DNA of 63,027 bases, filler included, from Olpidium bornovanus S191 (GCA_017911155.1; 31 parts of 31 records of this genome joined end to end with filler, not necessarily neighbours in it), one strand, 5' to 3'. Counted from the first letter of the whole stretch, positions 33,090 through 45,241 are shown. The notes: a model not told the origin generated them from the letters alone. Numbers and translations are program-made.

Positions 33090-34788
33090 ATTCCACGTCT
33101 GAGCCGTCGGAAGAAGTAACGTGAGAAAAAACACAAAGCGTCAAACTCTTTCGCCGGCGTCAACGGATTGTTACCAAACCTGCGATCGACTTCTTCTTGA
33201 CTTCGGACCGGGAGGCGGCCGAGTATATGCAACGCAACGCCGGCTTCGAACGTTCGTGCGGAAGCGGACAATGCAGAAGGTGCCGGTCGGTGCTGTTCAC
33301 CATCAAACCGGAGTCGGACACGCGAGCCTTGAGCCAGTTGTCCGCGACGGACATGTCCGTAACGCATTCGCTGATAGCCGGGTCCGGGTACGTCCGGTTA
33401 TTGGGGAGGCGCGCCAACGCCATGAAAGCCGGGAAAACGGACGAGACGTCGCTGCCGGCGAACTGCGCTAGGGACGCCCCGGCAAGGTCTTTCTTGATGC
33501 ACGCCGCTTCGGCCAATTCGGGCAGCGCGACTTTTCCGTTGATAATGAAGTACCCGTTCCTCTTCGCCTCCTCCGACCTCATGCCTTTCGGCGCGTCGCA
33601 CAGCGCGGCGGACGCCAGTTGAAGGCCGAGAACGTAAAGCACGCACGCCGAGTAGACGATCAAAACAAGCAGGACTTTCTGTCGCCACGCCGCTTGCGCG
33701 TCTAGAAATGACGTTTGCCGGGAAATCATCTGTGGGCCTTAAAGTCGAGTACGACGCTGGTGCTCGCCAGCCGCGCCCGCCCCGTTGCGAACGGACCGAA
33801 CTGTCTCACACGGCGGGCTCACCTGCACTCGACACGCCAAACTGCCCGAGCAGCGAATTCGGTACGAAAAACGTCACGACGCTAGCCAAACAGGACCAGC
33901 AAGTATAAAAGATCCGCCGCTTCCGCCGCCCGGTGGAGCAAGCGTCCGGACACTGTCGCAAGGACGGACACAATTTCCACGACATACCGGATGCGGGTCG
34001 CTCGAAAACTGCTGTGTTCAGAACTGGCGACGATGGCGCCGGTTTCTCGCAGTAGTGAATGTCGTCGGCGTTTACGGCCGTCAAAGATGAGAGCGACGCC
34101 GGTGACGCGTACGGGCCGATAGACAGAACGCTGTCTCTGGAACAGTTCCGCTCTCTCCTCTCAGAGGCCGAGCTCCAACTTCCCTGCGGAAACGCAAGCG
34201 GCCGGTCGTAGCGGCGGCCGGACGCGGCCGCGGTCCTCACAGATATGTCTAAGCGAGCGGAATCACCGCCCCGAAAAAGGTCTGGTTAGCGGGTTTTATC
34301 AGCAGCCGAGGCGATTGACGCGCCGCCGGCGGCCTTCCGCAGCCAGCGTCAACAGGCGGAACAGGGATTGCTGAGCGACTGCGACCGGCCGCTTTTCACG
34401 GGGCCGCGCCGCCCCCAGCGAGCCTCCAGCTTTCCCGGGGCGCGAGAAGGGCCCCTTGATCAAGCGAGCCGCGTTGTCTGCCGGTCCCCGGGCCCCGGAG
34501 GACGCGAAAAGTTCCGACGTCATACTCACCGTTGAGGTCCCACGCACCGGTGGCCAACGCAGGCGCCGACGGCGCGCCGTGCGGGCGGCCGGCCGGCGCC
34601 GCCGCGTCGGAAGCATAGTAGTGCTCGTAGTAGTAGTCCGGGTCCAGTGGCGTCGTCGACGAATCGCTTTCGGTCCGCGCGTGATCGCAGCCGCGCCCCC
34701 GGCGGCCGCCGTGCGCGCGCTGCAGCCGCTGCTGCTGCCGACTCCGCCGTCCGTTTCGTTCGGCCTCGTCAAGGGCCCCGTCGGCCAT
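33090..34788 (-). CDS. Division-2 (class IV/V/VII-like) chitin synthase, N-terminal region (exons 34788-34530, 34248-33823, 33701-33180, 33098-; 3' partial)
   Basis: ...CWSCLASVVTFFVPNSLLGQFGVSSA|DAQAAWRQKVLLVLIV...LC...YFIINGKV...FAGSDVSSVFP matches the W....TF..P..LL..FG....Q.AWREK TM and cytochrome-b5-like region (G.D.S..F) of Chs3-type enzymes. All introns are phase-consistent. The catalytic domain is not in the window. Confidence 0.75.
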
Positions 34789-35111
34789 CCCGGGAAGCAG
34801 CGGAGGCGGGGGCGGAGGCGGTAGGAGGGGGGGGGGGGGGGGGCGGGCGGGGGGAAAAACGCGGGGGGGGGGGGGGGGGGGCCGGGGGGGCCGGGGGGGG
34901 GCGGGGCNNNNNNNNNNNNNNNNNNNNNNNNNNNNNNNNNNNNNNNNNNNNTTAATTAATTAANNNNNNNNNNNNNNNNNNNNNNNNNNNNNNNNNNNNN
35001 NNNNNNNCATGAAATAACTGGAGGGGTTTTACGGCGTTAGACAACACAACGCTGCCAGACAATCCGGGCTAACAGCGCTCCGAGTTTCGCGGTCTTTGCA
35101 GGGCGACTCAC

Positions 35112-35962
35112 GTGTCCCACGACGGTCGCAGACGTTCGGGATTTGTCACGTCAAGGTGATCTAGGGCGCGGTGAAACGAACCGATGTGATCGTGGTGGTT
35201 CACGATCACCAGTTCCGACCTGAGCATGTTTGCCTGAATCGGCGTCCTCTTCTCCAAACTTCCGGGAGTCCCATACATGTCTGCGTCGCTTGCGCGTGAA
35301 AACTCCTCAAACGACCAAACGGCGGCGGCGGCGGCAGAATCGTTTCCTGTTGTGCGCGCAAGGCGTCTGGTCTGCTGGTGAGACGGGTGAAATTCGGCCG
35401 AAGCAGTTCGGCGGGAAGGCAAAAACAACGGAGGAGCGCGCGCGTTACCGGTGCGTGAACCGGCGGTAGCGCATCGTGATGGGAGCATCTACCGCAACGA
35501 GCAGGAAGAAGGGTCGCTTCCTAGGTGCGGGGAGTCCGAGTCAACCGGTCGGGATCCCGTTGGCCGGCGAAAAAGGGGGGCGCGCGAACGGAGTCATCGG
35601 TCTTTCGCCTCTCACTTCGCGCGCAGCAAGTCGGCCTTGTCCTGCAGCGTCCAGGCAACGTGGTTCGTCTGCCAGCGGGCGGTGACATGGTCGAGCAGGG
35701 CGGGGAAGCTCGAAAATACGTTCGCCGGCGCACAGCAAATGCCGCCAAATTCGCCGGGCGCGTGGTCCGTCGCCGGCCGCAACCCTCGCGCGTGCGACCC
35801 GGTCTCGTCGGCGCCGTCCTGCGATCCTCCCGCGGAACAACTCTCCTCCTCCTCCTCCGCCTTCGGCAGCAGCACCACAGGCTCGAAGCCGTGCCTCTCG
35901 ACGAGGTACCTGGCGAGCGTCTTCTTCCCCGAACACATTGGGCCTGTCACAGCGACGAACAT
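35112..35962 (-). CDS. DCD1: Deoxycytidylate deaminase, fungal type with N-terminal P-loop-like domain (3 exons, 3' partial)
   Basis: MFVAVTGPMCSGKKTLARYLVERHGF...|KRPFFLLVAVDAPITMRYRR|...RLRPSWDT| matches Dcd1 motifs (KRPFF..L..DAP..R, RPSWD.YFM). Confidence 0.93.
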
Positions 35963-38249
35963 GGCGCGGCGGCGGCCCAGGCTCGACGACGCCGAGGGCC
36001 GGCTCCGCGCGGCGGATAAGGCAGGAGACGAGGAAGCGACAACGTGGAGGGCCCGTTTGCGTATTTGTGCGGTGAGGCTCCGCCCGCCGTCCCCCTGTTG
36101 GCCGGTGGCAGAGTTTGGGACGGGATTCTGGGGCACCCGGCCTGCTCACCGCCTTCCCCCCCCTTCCCCCCCCCCCCCCCCCCCCCCTTCCGCCAGCCAG
36201 GCGACTTTCCGCGCGAACGGCTCCCCTGTCCCCCGCCCTCCGTCCTCCCGCCAAGCTGCGATTTCGGCGCGGAGCCCGGCGGGATTCGATGATCCTCGAC
36301 ACGCTCCTACCCCATTCCTCGTCACATTCGGTCTGTCGGCTTGGACGGAAGCTTCCTCGCGCTCTCGGCTACGCGTTAGCCGCTCCCCGGCGTGTTGTAG
36401 TTCCCCTTAACCCTAAACCGTGTCTCTCCTGCGGGGATGCGTTGCCAACGCAGGCCTGCGTCGTCGGGGCTGCCATTTTGAAAAAAAAAAACGGAAGTGG
36501 TTCCTTCACCACGCCCACAAGCAACGTTTGTAAAACTCGTAGAAACAGGTACAGATGCGCGCGGGTGTCTTGTCGAAGAGATTTCCTGCCCGCCTTGAAC
36601 ACAGACGAGCGCACGGCCAACGACCCGACGCACGGTACCAGAGCCGGGGGCGCAAAAAAAAAAAAAAAAAAAAAAAAATTCCAAGGCGAAGTACGCGGGT
36701 ATAATTGTGTCTGCGGCGGAATGTCTCATTGTGGGAAACCGTCGAGCGGGACCCGCTTCCTCCTTTTTCACACCGTGCGAACCAGGGTGATCGAGCGTGT
36801 CATATTGGCCGGCCGTGGTTTCGCCGGCGCGTCTGCGAGTGCGCCTGCGCGTTTCGACAGTACTCGGACGCATTGCCTGAGGTCTCCGCGTACGAAGATA
36901 CATCCGCCCGCACGCGAACCTGATCACCGGCAGGCGGAAATCCCAACTGGATAACGACTCGATGAGGAAAACGCGGCGGCTGCGATGGCACCTTCACGGT
37001 TACCCGGGAAGGATGACGATTACTTCATTCAGAGAGAAAACGGGTCCCGGGCCATTGTAAAAGTACAAAATAAAAAAACCCCGAGGAGAAAAAACAGAAT
37101 GAATGTGCGCTTCGAAATCTCAGATTTGGCGCGACGCGTGCCCGAGGTAGCAAGACGCTGATCCGCCCGATGGGTAAAAACTAGCAAGCCGGCGTAGAAT
37201 GGGGGGGGGGGGGGGGGGGGCCAAAAAAAAAAAAAAAAAAAAAAAAAAAAANNNNNNNNNNNNNNNNNNNNNNNNNNNNNNNNNNNNNNNNNNNNTTAAT
37301 TAATTAANNNNNNNNNNNNNNNNNNNNNNNNNNNNNNNNNNNNNNNNNNNNAAAACGAGCCACAGGAAAAGAAATTGCGAAGGAGGAGGGAACAAACGAA
37401 TTAAAACGAATCGGCTTTATACCGTGCTGCGGCAGCCGCCCGTGAACCGTCGTGGGAGAAGCGAGCGCAAAGAAAAAAAGAATGGACGGGAGTCTAGACG
37501 CAAGGGAGCAGTCCATCTATATTATTCGCGAAGAAGACGCGTGACGGCGAGTGCTTGAAACTGAGAGACGCGACAAGGGGGGAGTAACAGATATACAACA
37601 CGATTCAGGACAGGCGACTCAGAACTGGCGAGAGGAAGGGACGTGGCAGCCGTCGACAAGCTTGGCTGCCGCGGGAGGCGGCTGAAGGAGAAAAATTATA
37701 CTTCTAGGTGAGGTCATTTGATATGCGATGTGCCAATTTACAGCGCCGAGGTGCCAATTTACCGCGTCGAGATGCCAGAAGAGACGGACGGGAAGCCGAC
37801 GGTTGTGCGGGCAAGCGGCGCTGAAGGCTGCGACGGTGCCGGCATAAGGTCTTCAAGTAATTTAATTAATGGGTTGAGGACCAATTAAGGAGGGCAGCCG
37901 AGGGAGGACACGTGAAGTGCTGTTTCGGATCACGGGCGGGGAGCTACCATATAGTTGACGCACCGCACCGCACACATAGACCCCCCCTGCTTTTCGATTC
38001 TGTTCCAACGTTCTCTGTTTTAAAAACTCCCCGACCTTCCGAACGCGTCAAGTCCCGTCGTCCGTTATCGTCCTCGTGCTGCGCAAACCCCCCCCCCCCC
38101 CCCCCCCCCGCCCCCCCCCCCCCCGTCCCTCCGTCCATAACCCTTGCACCTAGCCGCTCATCCTTAACCCTTCCCTGTCGTCTCGAGAATTTGCTCTACG
38201 TCCCGTCGCACTCGTGTGAGGAGAGAATAGAAAGAGATTCTGAGGATGA

Positions 38250-38740
38250 GCCCACTTGATTGCGCCTTCTTGGGACAGAGGCCCTGCGCCTGCCCAAACC
38301 CCTCCACCTGCCCATTATCTTTACTACAGCGGCCTCCCGGATCTACTCCTTCCGGGGACTCCGACACTTCAGACACTTCGACGGAGAGCAGAGACCGCCG
38401 AGTACATTTCCCGCGCATGGACTTCTGCGCCGATCCTGCGGGCTTGCTCTACTTCTGCCCTGGCTTTTTCGCACGCCAGCTATTGACGCAGCTGTTCCAG
38501 CTCCTCCCTGTGGCGCTGCTCTGCTTCGTCCTTCCGGTGAAGCTGCCTAAGCATCTTGACACTGTCCAGAGCTGCTCTGGACCGCCTGGAGGTTGCGGTA
38601 GAGGCCGTAGTGCTTCCTTCGCGTTGTTTGCGGAGTTCCGGAGTCTGCATCGCGCCTGGCATGGTTGTGCGGGCGCTTCCTTCCATGGTTTGGTTTTGGA
38701 CGTTTTGGACGGGGAGTCTTACCGTTGGGATCATACCCTG
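38250..38740 (-). mobile_element. Possible LTR-element 5' junction with a decayed gag-like coiled-coil ORF
   Basis: Minus strand ...CCTACA then GGGTATGATCCCA (similar to the Copia GGTTATG.GCCC junction). The ORF from 38734 is interrupted by in-frame TAG (38482) and TGA within a continuing coiled-coil. Confidence 0.3.
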
Positions 38741-39224
38741 TAGGATTACCGTGTTGTGGGGGGAAGGAGAGCTGATGAATTCCGTGATTCTACCCGGTTT
38801 AAGAGAGAGGAGTTCGGGGGTAAAACTCGGCAGGCGATGTGCTCTAGCCTCCCCTGAAACCCCCTTTTCTCATCAGCGCCCGCCCGCCCCCCCCCGCGTC
38901 GTCGGGCGGCCGCATCGGCCGATCTCCACCATCACCACCGTCGCGATGGTGCCCCCCAGCCGCCCCAGCCGCCGCGGCCGGCGGAGGGTGGTCGCGGGCA
39001 CGTGCGCGGAGCGATTCGCGGAGCCGCGCGTACTCACCCTCGCAACGGTTCAGCCGGACATTCCGCCCGCGCTCGTCACTGCGCTCGTGCTGGAAAATCT
39101 TCCCCACGCGCTCGCGGAGAGCTNNNNNNNNNNNNNNNNNNNNNNNNNNNNNNNNNNNNNNNNNNNNTTAATTAATTAANNNNNNNNNNNNNNNNNNNNN
39201 NNNNNNNNNNNNNNNNNNNNNNNC

Positions 39225-40290
39225 ATGAAAGCTGCTTTTATGGGGGAGCAAGGTCACCAGCCAGCCCCGGTGAGCCGCAACAGCGTGATCCATCTCGGGG
39301 GACCCGAAGTTGGCATCTCTGTGCAGACCGTGATGGTCGACGAGAAACGAGCGAGGCCGGTCAATGACGATGCTGCCGCGTCGAAGCGACCGCGGCAGGA
39401 GGCGCACGTGGTTATCGAAGGTCACCAGGCAAGCGGAGGCGAATGGCCGCCCCAGGATTCTGGGAGCCCGCTGCCGCCGTTGAAAAGGGGAGTGCTTCGA
39501 AGCTGCCTTCGACGTCGCGTGAGAGTGGCCCTGCTGGAGTTGCGAGCGCCCCGACGTCGACCAAGAAGGACAAGGCGGCGAAACCGGCGTTGTTGTGAAG
39601 CGAGAAGTTCGAGGAGAGTGGACGTCCGGAGGGAGAGTGGCGGAATTCCAAATCTGTTACGGAGAAAACCAGAATCACCGTATAAAAATTCCAAGATGCC
39701 ACCGAATGATGGGGACGACAGACTGGCCTGTCGGAAAGGCTGCTGGGAAAAAAGGGTTATGCGTTGTGACTTGGCACGCGTATGGCCTCCCCAGAAAGGA
39801 AATAGAAAATTTCTTCCCCCCCCCCCGCCCTCCAGAAACCCCGTAGCGACTCCCCGAACGCCCACGCGCGGCGAAAACCTCGTAAAGTAGAACGAACACG
39901 TCCGCGAGCAATGTTGGAACCGTAGAGCGGAACAAATCACAGAAAGAGTAAGAAAGAAGGAGAGAAAGAGAGAGGAAGAGAAAACTTGATAGAACTGGAA
40001 TTCAGAGACCGAGTATTGGAGTTTCAGGTGGAAAAGCTGGAACAAGGGCTCTCCACAAGGCCCGGCGCCACTTGTTTACAACTGCCTGCCTATTTACCCA
40101 AAAGCGTATACTCTGCAGGTCCCGATACGGAAAAAGGACCCGGAGCAACTGGCCGTCGATGCGGTCCGCAGTGCCACCGCAACGGTCGACGTCACGACCC
40201 TGTTGAACGTAATATCTACGCTGCGCGCTATTTATCAGCAACTGAGGACGAAGAGGGTAGCTATCCAAGCGGTGCGGCTTGGAGAGGACG
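39225..40290 (+). mobile_element. Decayed Ty3/Gypsy gag-to-protease linker region
   Basis: AFMGEQGH (knuckle-like), VMVDEKRAR, and in another frame PKAYTLQVPI...EQLAVDAVRSATATVDVTTLLNVISTLRAIYQQLRTKRV. The last resembles the IT.T..ELL..SP..R......KRV segment of fungal Gypsy elements. Multiple frameshifts. Confidence 0.5.
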
Positions 40291-40885
40291 GGACGGACAC
40301 GCTGTCGGATGCGGCAGACGCACGGCAGGAACTCAACTTCAACGTGATTCAGCTGCCGGAGGCGGACACTGTCCCCGTCGGGGGGGGGGGAGCCGTCAAT
40401 CCGTCGTGTCCACGCGGCGAGGATGCATCAGCGGAACGCTCTTGTAGAGGGCAGATCTGGCTTGCAGAAATCCGCCAGGAACAGATCCTACCTCTTTTAG
40501 TAAAATGATCTTATGTGTGCAGATGCTGTAAAGGGTATACACATATATAGCACAAGTAGTGTGTATATACGTAGATTGCAAAGTATTCCATCGATCTCGG
40601 CCGTGACATGNNNNNNNNNNNNNNNNNNNNNNNNNNNNNNNNNNNNNNNNNNNNTTAATTAATTAANNNNNNNNNNNNNNNNNNNNNNNNNNNNNNNNNN
40701 NNNNNNNNNNCATGCACTTCGCTTATCTCATCTCTAATTGCGGAAAGAGCTTCCCTCCGCTCCGGAAATTTCGTGGACCGAACACTCTGTTTGTAAGTCT
40801 CTGAGCATTACAAAAAGGGTCAACTGTCAGCGAACAGTTGCAAATGATTCCGTGTCTGTTCGGCAAAGGCGGTCAAACGCTTTAC

Positions 40886-42100
40886 CGCTCAAGTGTTCAG
40901 CTCGTCGTTTCTTCCAGATTGTTTCAAAATTTAAGTTGAAATCGTGGCGAAGCTGCCGCTCCTGCCGAACGTTTTCTGCCCGGAGATCAGCGCACCACTC
41001 GACGATGTGCATTTTATTGCTGAGTATGGTGGTGTTCAGCACATGGGTTTGATCCTACGCGATGGAGCTGCTTCAGATTCCCACCACGAAAATGTCATGT
41101 CCGCCGCCGCGCTGTTTGCCCGTTTCCCGCACCTGGATAATACCAGTGAGGGCGTTCTGCGAGACCCAACCTATGTCTTTCAATTTGACCTGCAGTTCTC
41201 GAACCTCGCGTTGGAGGAGTTGCGCTCTGTGCTCTTCAAGTGCTTCCAGCCGCGTTTCTAATATGTCGATGCTGCTCATTCGTTTTTGAGAATGCGTTCG
41301 GACGGCAGGCCAGTAATTGAGCATGTCGGATTTGTTCAGCCGGCTGATGTGGTAGGGATTGGTTATTTCCATAATTAGGGCCGCACGGTCTGCAACGAGG
41401 GAATTCGTATTTTCTGATAAGGCCCTGGAACTCCCATTTCCACCGGCGCTCCGGACGAGGTCTGTGTCGGCACAGCACCTTTGTTGTCGGCCACGGTCAG
41501 TTGTTCGTACTCGTCCAAGACAGCGTCCTTTTCTAGCTTCACTGCACCCGTTACCCGGTCAACAGAGACTTGGAAGTCCGCGAGAGCTTGGTCGTGTCTG
41601 GGGCAAAACGAGGGGCCGCGACAGCCGGGGGAAATTTTTTTAGTTGATTCGGATGGATAGTGCTCAAACGGCGTGCGGGCCCTGAGTAAAGCAGGAGCCT
41701 AAAAACACCTCATCTGCCGCGTTATCTTTCTGACGCCAAGATCGAGGGTCAGAGAGCCGTCAGACTTTGCAGCATCCCGATCCTGTTCGGCCCCTCCTCT
41801 ATCGGACGGGTCCTTTTTGGCGGTCTGCGCACGCGCGGCAGGCAGGGCTTGCGCCCACGACCCCAGCCTGGGCCGCGGCCGCTTCTCGGGCTCGCGCAGG
41901 AACAGCTCTGCCGATTTCGCCTGCAGAGACTTGCGACCGGCGGGCTCCGGAGAAAAGATGTCGGAGAGCGATCGCGTCCGCGGAACGTCGGCACGCAAGG
42001 CCGAGCGGGCACGCACGCCGGCGGCGGCGGCGACATTATTCTGCGGCGGCGCGAGGGGGGCGATTGTCGCCAGCGGCGGCGCAGCGCCGGCTGCGGACAT
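40886..42100 (-). CDS. Unidentified multi-exon coiled-coil protein (3' partial)
   Basis: Phase-consistent exons ...DFQVSVDRVTGAVKLEKDAVLDEYEQLTVADNK|DRAALIMEITNPYHISRL...LETRLEALEEHRAQLLQREVRELQVKLKDIG...GIIQ|DQTHVLNTTILSNKMHIVEWCADLRAENVRQERQLRHDF...WKKRRAEHLS|gtaaag. Linkage to the ATG at 42100 is assumed. Confidence 0.55.
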
Positions 42101-42589
42101 GATGCCGGGGAGCGGGTGGGCCCGCGAGGGGGGGGGGGGGGGGGGGGGGGCCGGGGGGGGGGGGGGGGGGTGGCTGGGGCGCCGGTGAACGCTCGTTTTT
42201 TATCGAAAAAAAAACAAAACAATGATCTCAGACAGCGGGCGGGTTTACGCGTTCATCTTTCCCCCCGCAACGGCGAAAGGCGTACGCACCTTCCGGAGTG
42301 GACGGGCGCAGCAGGGAAGCGCACACGGCCCCCTCGCAAAACGCAACAGGCGCTGCCGCCTCTTCGGCGGTACCGTGCGACATTGCCACCTCGATGGCGG
42401 AAGCCGGGAAGACGAACAGAATCAGCCCCGAGGTTCCGCTTCAGACCACCACAACTAGGTACGCAGCTCGTATGCGTGCCCTGCCTTTCGGGTTGGCATT
42501 CTGCCGATGCTCAGGGCGGAGATTTTGTCGGCTTTCACCAGCGAACCTCGGCGTCCAAGCGGCTTCCCGAAAAATGCCGTTGAAAGGGC

Positions 42590-42737
42590 CACGGATAGCT
42601 CAACCATTCTGTTTCACCGAGAAAACCGAGATGTACGAGTGTTTGATGAGATCCGCCAATACATCACGGAGGGCGGCGATGCGTCATACTCCTTCCTGCG
42701 CGATACATATCGGTCGAATGAGAACGGGATCGACATG
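42590..42737 (+). CDS. Possible exon of an unidentified protein at the contig end
   Basis: Open frame ...ENRDVRVFDEIRQYITEGGDASYSFLRDTYRSNENGIDM runs into the gap; composition only. Confidence 0.3.
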
Positions 42738-43047
42738 NNNNNNNNNNNNNNNNNNNNNNNNNNNNNNNNNNNNNNNNNNNNTTAATTAATTAANNNNNNN
42801 NNNNNNNNNNNNNNNNNNNNNNNNNNNNNNNNNNNNNCCCGCCGCGGCCGGCGCGTCCGGCGCGTCCGGCGGAGCAGCCGGCGACCCCTCGACGCGTGAT
42901 GCCGGAAACAGCGGGACGCGCTCACGCGAGGTCGGCGACCCGGGCGGCGACGACGTTGGCAACAACGGGAACCGCAGCGCCGGAAATCCCGGAACGTCGG
43001 CCCCAAACAACTTCCTTACCGGCGTTTGCAGCGTTTTCCAGGCGCTG

Positions 43048-44276
43048 GTGCAGTTGGTCTTGCGCGCCGGAGCATTCGAGCCGCCGACCAACTCGGACCG
43101 CCCCGCCCGTGCCGGTGAACGAACCGTGGTAGGCGGTAGCGCTGTCACCGGAAGTGCCTCGGGCCAAGCTCCCCGTCATCGCCAACCGTTAATTTCGCGC
43201 AACAGCAGCCAAGGCGCGTGCGCAACGGGGAACAACAAGGCGCCAAGCGTCCAGCCGTCCTCCTCAAATTTGGGCAATCGCCCCGAGGACGCGCTGGAGC
43301 TGGCGATATCCCTTCAGTACCTCTGCCAGCGCATGCGAAAAATCCATCACTCGCTGCTGGCAAGTCTGGCAACCCTTTTTGGGATCCAAGGGGTTCTTTC
43401 AGCGGCGGAGGCGTTGGCCTGGGCGGCCAATCTGCTGGAGGCGCGCCCAGATGCCATCAGTGCTCTAAGGACAATTGACGATCCAGTCAAGATGGACGAG
43501 TGGATCGAGAAAAATATTCGCTGCGCACCGCCCCCCGCGCCCCGCCTGCGCCGGGTGGACAAGAGGAAGAGGGGGGCCGACGAAGAGGCGGAAGAGCCGC
43601 GGCGCCACAAGTCTCGCCGAGTCCCCGACGAAGGCGCGGCCGGCGGCCGGAATGCTCGGCAGCAGCGGACGATTGAGCGCAACGACGCGGGTGCGCCGAC
43701 CACGGTGAGCGCGGGGAGTTCGAGTGTCACGGCCGCCGGCGCCACCGAGGGAAGCACCGCGCTCTCCGGCGGTCAGGCCGCATCCCGTCAAAGAAAAGGA
43801 AAGGCGGCAGGACCCGGCGCGGCGGCTGCTGCTGCGAAAAGACAGCCACTGTACGAACCCGTGGAACAGAATTTCGTCGTGTGCGACCGTCTGCAGGAGG
43901 CGCTCGCTGCCCATCCGGGGTCCCAGCTCGTCGTGCAGCGTCGCGCTTGCACCGCAATCAAACTTCCGTACAGGAGCCACTTCGACCCGGAGAACACGGA
44001 TTTCAAATGCCGCGCCTGCAGAGCGAAATTGGTCGGAGACAGCTGCCATTTCCGGAACGTTCGTGTGTTTCTTTTGAACGGAAACAGTCTTGTCAACATC
44101 AACGCCGTTTTCGCGACCGAAAAAAACGATAATATTTCTTACAAACCGGAGTTCTGGGAAGACACCCATCTTCGCATCTCTCTCAAAGATGCGAAAAGTT
44201 ACACCAGGAGGTTCACCGTTCCGACCGCCGCCAAAGTCATGGGCGAAGAATATCAGCATTCAACGTGTCCCGGCGG
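43048..44276 (+). CDS. KDM3/JMJD1-like protein (N-terminal Cys-rich zinc-finger region; JmjC domain not in window), partial
   Basis: VQRRACTAI...FKCRACRAKLVGDSCHFRNVRVF...DAKSYTRRFTVPTAAKVMGEEYQH parallels KDM3 Q..SC......KCRECR.....CRF..FR.L and TAKYIL..V...F..LV..E. There is a basic NLS-like stretch (KRKR) upstream. Confidence 0.6.
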
Positions 44277-44376
44277 NNNNNNNNNNNNNNNNNNNNNNNN
44301 NNNNNNNNNNNNNNNNNNNNTTAATTAATTAANNNNNNNNNNNNNNNNNNNNNNNNNNNNNNNNNNNNNNNNNNNN

Positions 44377-45241
44377 CATGTCCTCGACCTCGCCGTAAGT
44401 GGCGAGCTCGGTGAAGATTTCCTCGTAAAAAAGATCGAAGTGGTCTTGCAGCTCCTCCTCACTCATCGTGCAGTTGGGGTCGTGGCTGGGGTTCTGGAAC
44501 AGGTTCTGCAGCAGCACCGTCTGGCTGAACGTCGGCTTCACGTGCTTGCGCGAACACCGGTCGCCGTGGCGGCACGCCCCGATCTTGAAGTAGAAGGAGC
44601 AGTTGACCCTGGGGGTAGTTTGTCGGGGACGGGAGGCGAGCGGAAGTCGCGCGGAAGCGCGTCAGAAGGAAATTGACACGCCCCCCTGCTGCGGAGTGGG
44701 GAAGAGCGGCAGTTTCCGACGCGCTGAGAAAGGCGGACTCACTTGTCCTTCTCCGTGCCATAGATGCTGGCGAGGTACTCTGAAAGGGAAACGCGAGGCA
44801 AGAGCGCGAGGCGAAAAGAACGCGTGCCAGTTAAGGACGTGCCGGGCGGGAGTGCAGCGCAACTGCAGGAGAGAGAGCGATGCCGACAGTTGGTGCCGTG
44901 AAAACGATAGCAACGTGGATCTAAGGCGTGTGCCGGTCGTCGCGCCACCAGATGTGTCCGTCTTCCGCGGGCGGGTTTCGGGCGGCGCCGCTCCCATTTA
45001 CCGTTTTGAGCGACTGCGAATGCCCTGCGCCAGCCTTCCCATTCCGGTCTTCTTCGCTCGCAGACTTTTCCGCCGCCGCCGCTTTTCCAAAAACAGTCAG
45101 AACGGCCGCAGGTCCCCCCTCCCACCCCCCCAAAAAAAAAGAAAACAAGGAATAAAAAAAAACGAGACGGGGTCCAGCGCTGAATGTTGCGCAGTACGTG
45201 GCCTGTCCCCGTCTTTTCTCTGCTGTGGTCTTACCGGCCAT
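44377..45241 (-). CDS. U2AF1: Splicing factor U2AF small subunit (U2AF35), N-terminal part, 3' partial
   Basis: ATGGCCG|gtaaga (45241-45235)...tttcag|AG TAC gives MAEYLASIYGTEKDK|VNCSFYFKIGACRHGDRCSRKHVKPTFSQTVLLQNLFQNP...HFDLFYEEIFTELATYGEVEDM. Confidence 0.98.

Noticed and set aside
35600-35962. P-loop kinase-like domain fused to dCMP deaminase as a novel fusion
   Set aside because: This N-terminal domain is the normal architecture of fungal Dcd1.
36403-36419. CCCTTAACCCTAAACC telomere-like motif
   Set aside because: Only about two imperfect units, internal to a contig.
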